Positions 58,413 to 64,000 of a stretch of DNA of 64,000 nt are shown here, in pieces. The notes under the pieces were generated by a model. It had not been told where the DNA came from, ran no database searches, and saw only the letters and a program-made list of their open reading frames with translations. The translations under genes were made by a program, and so were the position numbers. Within the stretch, counting starts at the first letter, position 1. The number at the start of each line of letters is the position of its first letter. This DNA comes from the human T2T-CHM13v2.0 reference genome, Homo sapiens: assembly GCF_009914755.1 (NCBI RefSeq), contig NC_060927.1. One strand, written 5' to 3'.

Positions 58413-60122
58413 TGGGATGTGAGTGGAGGCAAGTGTGTTAGGACTCAATAAAAATATAGAGGGAAATTAACACAGAGAAAGTCATCAAATTTGCAACATA
58501 TAAAACCATACAGTGTATCAACAGACCTTTGTCATTGAAAGTTGTGTTTCTTTGCTCCATATTTACTCATGTATCTGTGTTTAATAACTGTCAAATAATA
58601 ATAATAACTCATGTTTTTTACCAAGGAGATCATTTAATATGCACCTGACAATAAAATCATTGGATGACACTCTTTCTAATTTACAAAGGAGATACATAAC
58701 TTCCTGTATAAGATGAATACAGAAAAAAGATACCCATGATCAAAAGTGGGAAAAGTAGTAATAAGAAGAATGCAATAAGATATTCTATAAAATCAATAAA
58801 TTCATCTTCCTTAAAAAAGTTTAAAAAAAAACAGTCACCTATTTCCATAACTTATCTACGGAAAGCTTTTTGATGAAAGGGGGGAGGGCATAACATAGGC
58901 CTTATTTTAATGCTTGACCTGTACCCATAAACAATCTGGAAAATTCATTATAATATACATAAATGTTACATCATTTTATTAGATTCAGCCACTTTTGCAC
59001 AACTCATCCTAATCGAAGTGTAAAATTTCTCTTAATCAGTTGAATCTTTGATATCAATATGATTTTGTCATTTATGTTAACATATCCTCAATTTAGATGA
59101 TGGTAGATATAAGATATTGTTTTAAAAAATAAAAAGTAAACTGTTTTACTATATCAAAGGAAAGACTTGTGGCTCGTACAAACTACAACCGACTTTAAAG
59201 ATTTGAGTTTAAGAAAAGTATAAAGTCACCTTAGGAAATCTGCAATGAATTTATTTCTATAATTGGGCTAAAGATTTAATTTTTACCAAACTTCCAATTG
59301 ATACATACAAAAGAAAAATCAAAATGGCTATAATTAGGGTAAACCAACTGTTCTTTATTTTCTGAATTGGCTGCACTCCATCCCCTTGATTCTTTGTCCT
59401 TTAATCATATCCAATTTATTTTTTTAATTTTTACTTGTTAGATCTAAAGTCTGAAACACAACGCCAGTGATTACCCACCCATTCTGGGTATCTGATCCAC
59501 TGGCTATGCAGACACTAAACTTTAAAAGAAACATAGTAACATTTTTTATAGTCTAGAAGCTCTAATAATCACCAGGACCTATATCAATACTCACTGATTG
59601 ACTATAAAATGTGTATATGCTTCTATTTTCTTGCTTCTGCAAATGGATCACCACAATTTTATTTGGCTTTTGCACAAAATAAGGCAATGAAAAAATACAT
59701 TTTGCCTTTAGTCTTGAAAGAAACTCAAGCTCATATTGTTAAAAATAGTTGAATATATATATGCATATATACATACACATTCCAGAATATATATATTTAC
59801 TTTATACTTATACACTCACACACACTCCATATATATGTAAATAATCATCTTAGAAATCCATTATTTAACATATTTATAGAGGTTGCAATCGACACCAAGG
59901 TATGAAAAGAACTGACAAACTCATTCTGTTGGAGCTTAAAAGGAAAAAAAAAAGAGAAAGAGAACTGAAAACTATTCTGGTATCTAATTTCATTTAAATT
60001 TGTTATCATAGAAAATACGTTTTCTTTTTTATATGACGCTGTGACTTTTTTGTTTACAATGTTTTGCTATGTAGTATGTGCTTTCTTTATTCCCCATCCC
60101 ACTATGCATCCTTTGATACCTA

Positions 60123-60414
<292 letters not shown>

Positions 60415-60910
60415 TAATACCCATTTAAAAAAAAAAAAACTTTCAATTTTGAAAATAAAACAATCCAAGAATACAGTCATCTCTAACCATCTAGACATAG
60501 GGAGAAGAAAAGAAACAATCACACATCTTTGTAGATGGAATTTTTTCTATTACGTAATTTTTCCATACTTAGCCAATCTTCCCTAAGCCCATGGGATTTC
60601 CCATCATTGTAAGACCTAAAATGATGACTGCCTAATAAAGAATCTGATACTTATGAAGAATATATTTCTGCCACTAAAACCCAAACAATCCCCAAACAAC
60701 TAACTAAATAAAAATCTGCCCAGAAAGAAAAGACTCAATAATCTTACAAATGTAATTTTAATTTTAATTAATTTTACATGGAATTTTCGATATCAGTTCT
60801 TTCACTTATAAGAGAAGCTACTTATTTCCACATATATTCCATTAACCATCACATTTATTCATTTTCTTTGCATGGGATTTTGTTTGTAATAAATAATTTT
60901 ACAATAAAAG

Positions 60911-61224
60911 TTTTGTTTTTTGTTTTTTTTTTTTTTTTTTTTTTGAGATGGAGTCTCGCTCTGTCACCCAGGCTAGAGTGCGGTGGCGCGATCTCGGCTC
61001 ACTGCCAGCTCCGCCTCCCAGGTTCATGCCATTCTCCTGCCTCAGCCTCCTGAGTAGCTGGGACTACAGGCGCCCGCCACCATGCCCAGCTAATTTTTTG
61101 TAGTTTTAGTAGAGACAGGGTTTCACCGTGTTAGCCAGGATGGTCTCAATCTCGACCTCATGATCTGCCCGCCTCGGCCTCCCAAAGTACTGGGATTATA
61201 AGGTGTGAGCCACCACGCCTGGCC
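60911..61224 (-). mobile_element. AluY
   Basis: agctccgcctccc..ttcatgccattc diagnostics; aataaaag on both flanks. Confidence 0.92.
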
Positions 61225-62831
61225 AATAAAAGCATTTTAAAATACCAAATATTTTAAAATACCAAATAATCAAAAAGTAGTTGTCAACACTGGCCAAACT
61301 GCCAAAGATGTTAACATTAGAGGAGGCTTGAAGAAGAAAGAAGGAGGGAGGAATAAAAACCAAGGAGGGAGAAGAGCTACATTAAAAAGAGAGAGAGATG
61401 TGAAATGAATCCACAACGTCATCATCTAAGCAACAAGGTACCTCTTCATCCTGGATTCTGTCACCTATATCATATTTCTTTAAAATGGTATGAATCAATT
61501 TCTCCAAATGTCAAGTTACATTGCAGGGATTCAACTAGAATGTGGATTTGAACTAGAGTGAATTAGCATGCTGACTCTGTTGGAATGATGGAGCTTCACC
61601 GTTTATAAACAAGTCTTAACAGTTTAAGGTTGCTACGGTCAACATCATAAGCACAAAGGAAGCATATAATGCTTGATGGAGGATGGCACAATGCTACCCT
61701 TAATGAATATCATATAGTATGAAACAAAAAAACATGAAGAGATCATCATAATACAATGTGGTAGGAGTAATCTGCTCTAATTATAGCCATCTTGACTTGA
61801 TGAATTAAATGAATAAATAAATAAAAGAAATAGAAAATATATCAAGATTTGATTAGTGGCCTCCACTAAATGCAGGAGACTCACACAAAGAATGTAATCT
61901 AATTAGATTGCATGTAGTCCTTGAGTTTTTTCTATTCAAGAAACAGCTGTGTTATAAATCAAGGAGGAAATAAAAAGCTTTAAATGCTGAATTAGTAAAA
62001 ACTTTAAATGACCATTTTCAGTGAGGTGAAAAGTCTGTGAGGATGTGCTGCTTTTGGTAGAAGAAATGGGAGGTGATACTTTTACCCAAAAACTATTAAT
62101 AATTCAATTCTCACATTTAAAAGCTAGAACATGCTCTTCTTAATTTTACAAGGTGAAACAAACTCAATATAAAAAGAAAGGCAAGACATAAAGAATATAA
62201 ACAGTGGTGCTTAAAATGAAACTCACATCCAGCTAAAGAGCAATTTCCACTGTATTTCTGATGTACTGCCCTCCAAAATGGGTTCAGAGACTTACTTCAC
62301 ACTGTTTCTGACCTTAGGAATGTTGTGATTCCTAAGTGAGGAGACTAGGCTGATGTAAGCCTTGCCTTTCATTTTTCTCTCATGGGAATAGATACTACTA
62401 TTGAGATGGGTCCTGACAGTCTTAAATAAAACTGGATCCTTACCCATTCCCCCTGCCCAAATGCTTTAAAGTTTTAAATGTGTCTAAGGAGAGTACACAA
62501 CAGACATTAAAAGTTCAAATACCAATAAAGACTGAATCTACCCAAAGTCATAAGAGAAGTCAGCAGTGCGCCTAGGAACAACCTAAACTGAAACACAGGC
62601 AGGACAATTTTTCAACTTGCTCCATTTTACTTCTTGGATACTAAACTGATCACTTTAAAAGAAATTTAGCAAACTAATTCCAAAAAACTACACTGAACTG
62701 GCAACTAAAGGAAGATCTTACATTTCCTTTGTTAAACACCTCATCCACCACTAGCACAGCTAGGGAGGTTACACCCAAAATTCTGACTGGGAGAGGTAAC
62801 TTTGGGCATTCTTTGATCTCTCTGTAGTATT

Positions 62832-63136
62832 CTTTTCTTTTCTTTTTTTCTTTTTTTTTTTTTTTTTGATACAGAGTCTCACTCTATTGCCCAGGCTGGA
62901 ATGCAGTGGCCCTATTCTAGGCTAACAGCAACCTCCACCTCATGGGTTCAAGCGATTCTCGTGTCTCAGCCTCCAGAGGGTGTATGCCACCACACCTGGC
63001 TAATTTTTGTACTTTAGTAGAGAAGGGGTTTCTCCATGTTGGCCAGGCTGGTTTGGAACTCCTGACCTCAAGTGATCTGCCCACCTCGGCCTCCCAAAGT
63101 GCTGGGATTACAGGCGTGAGCCAACTGAGCCCGGCC
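62832..63136 (-). mobile_element. AluS with a small internal deletion
   Basis: Dimer lacking the tagctgggattaca segment; TSD-like tgtagtattcttt / tgtggtattcttt. Confidence 0.88.
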
Positions 63137-63779
63137 TGTGGTATTCTTTCCAACATGTTATCTACGAAGTTTTATTAACAGCAAGAAGCTATCCCTCAAA
63201 ATAAGGATGCTCTTCACAGGACAAATATATTTGCTTTCTAAAATAAATATATTTAAATGGACAACTTACAAATGCCTTACTTAAAACATGAAATAACATG
63301 CCAGCCTATGATGCTCAATGTAATATCCTTTGAGAAGCTTCCACAAGATATTCAAAATATATTCTGATTAATTTTTCTAGTATCTTACATATTGACGAGT
63401 TTGGTCCTTAAGTTTGTTAGTACTGGCTTAATATCCTTAGCCTGTTTAAAGATAAAGAAAAGGTTACTTAACCTGTTTCCTCATTTCTAAAAATTTTGAA
63501 TAAAAATACATAAGACGTGTAGGTAAGACCCTGATGCATCTAATTTTTTGAAAACCTTCAATAAGTAAGTTATTTATCATTAATTCTACTTACCACTTGT
63601 TTAAAATTATAAATATTTATCACAGTAGCATTTCTTCTTTTTCCATATAACTATCATCCAATAAACTGATGGCTCTCTTACTAAGGTAAGAGAATCATAT
63701 TCTCACATTATTAAGATCATCAATTATCATGATGGCCTTGTACAATTCAGAAACAGCAAACAATGGGCAAGTATTTGAT

Positions 63780-64000
63780 ACAGTCATTTAGTCATTTATT
63801 CTTCAAATCTCTGAGTGCCTATTATACGCCAGGCTTAGTCTAGGCACTGATATTACAAAGATGAAGATGACAGAATCCTATACCCAATGAATTTAAGGGA
63901 TTTAGAGAGCTCCAAAGATAAAGAACAATGCAGTGGGAATAAAGCTGAGATGGAACCAGAAAAAGAGGGCAATCAGAAGAGAGAGAGTGTGTTTAAAATT
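63780..64000 (+). mobile_element. L2 3'-type fragment
   Basis: cattttattc-like start, ctgagtgcctattatacgccaggc..ctaggcactg. Confidence 0.6.

Noticed and set aside
61234-61268. Short tandem duplications (also about 11413-11443, 32810-32840, 37787-37816, 55599-55616)
   Set aside because: Two-copy slippage products that are common in AT-rich introns; not arrays and not CRISPR-like.

Overview
Human genomic DNA (it contains an L1HS-Ta insertion) covering the interior of CBLB (Cbl-b E3 ubiquitin ligase) on the minus strand. Seven coding exons (exons 4-10 in the usual numbering; 56804 down to 298) have canonical AG/GT ends and splice into one continuous frame. They encode the TKB domain (end of the four-helix bundle, EF-hand, SH2-like), the linker helix with Y363, the C3HC4 RING and the start of the post-RING region. 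The rest is AT-rich intron filled with Alus, L1s, MIR/L2, MaLR and ERV1 LTR elements and Tigger/MER DNA transposons; almost all other listed ORFs are repeat-derived noise. I found no new gene family or multi-gene system. The best leads are: candidate poison exons and a competing donor that would cut Cbl-b in or before the RING; a young L1HS-Ta insertion; a fossil L1 3' transduction inside Tigger1; an ~80 bp micro-inversion at an MST LTR end; a twin-primed L1; and an intact DUX4 motif in a full-length THE1. Exon and residue numbers and repeat subfamily names come from memory of the families, not from a search.
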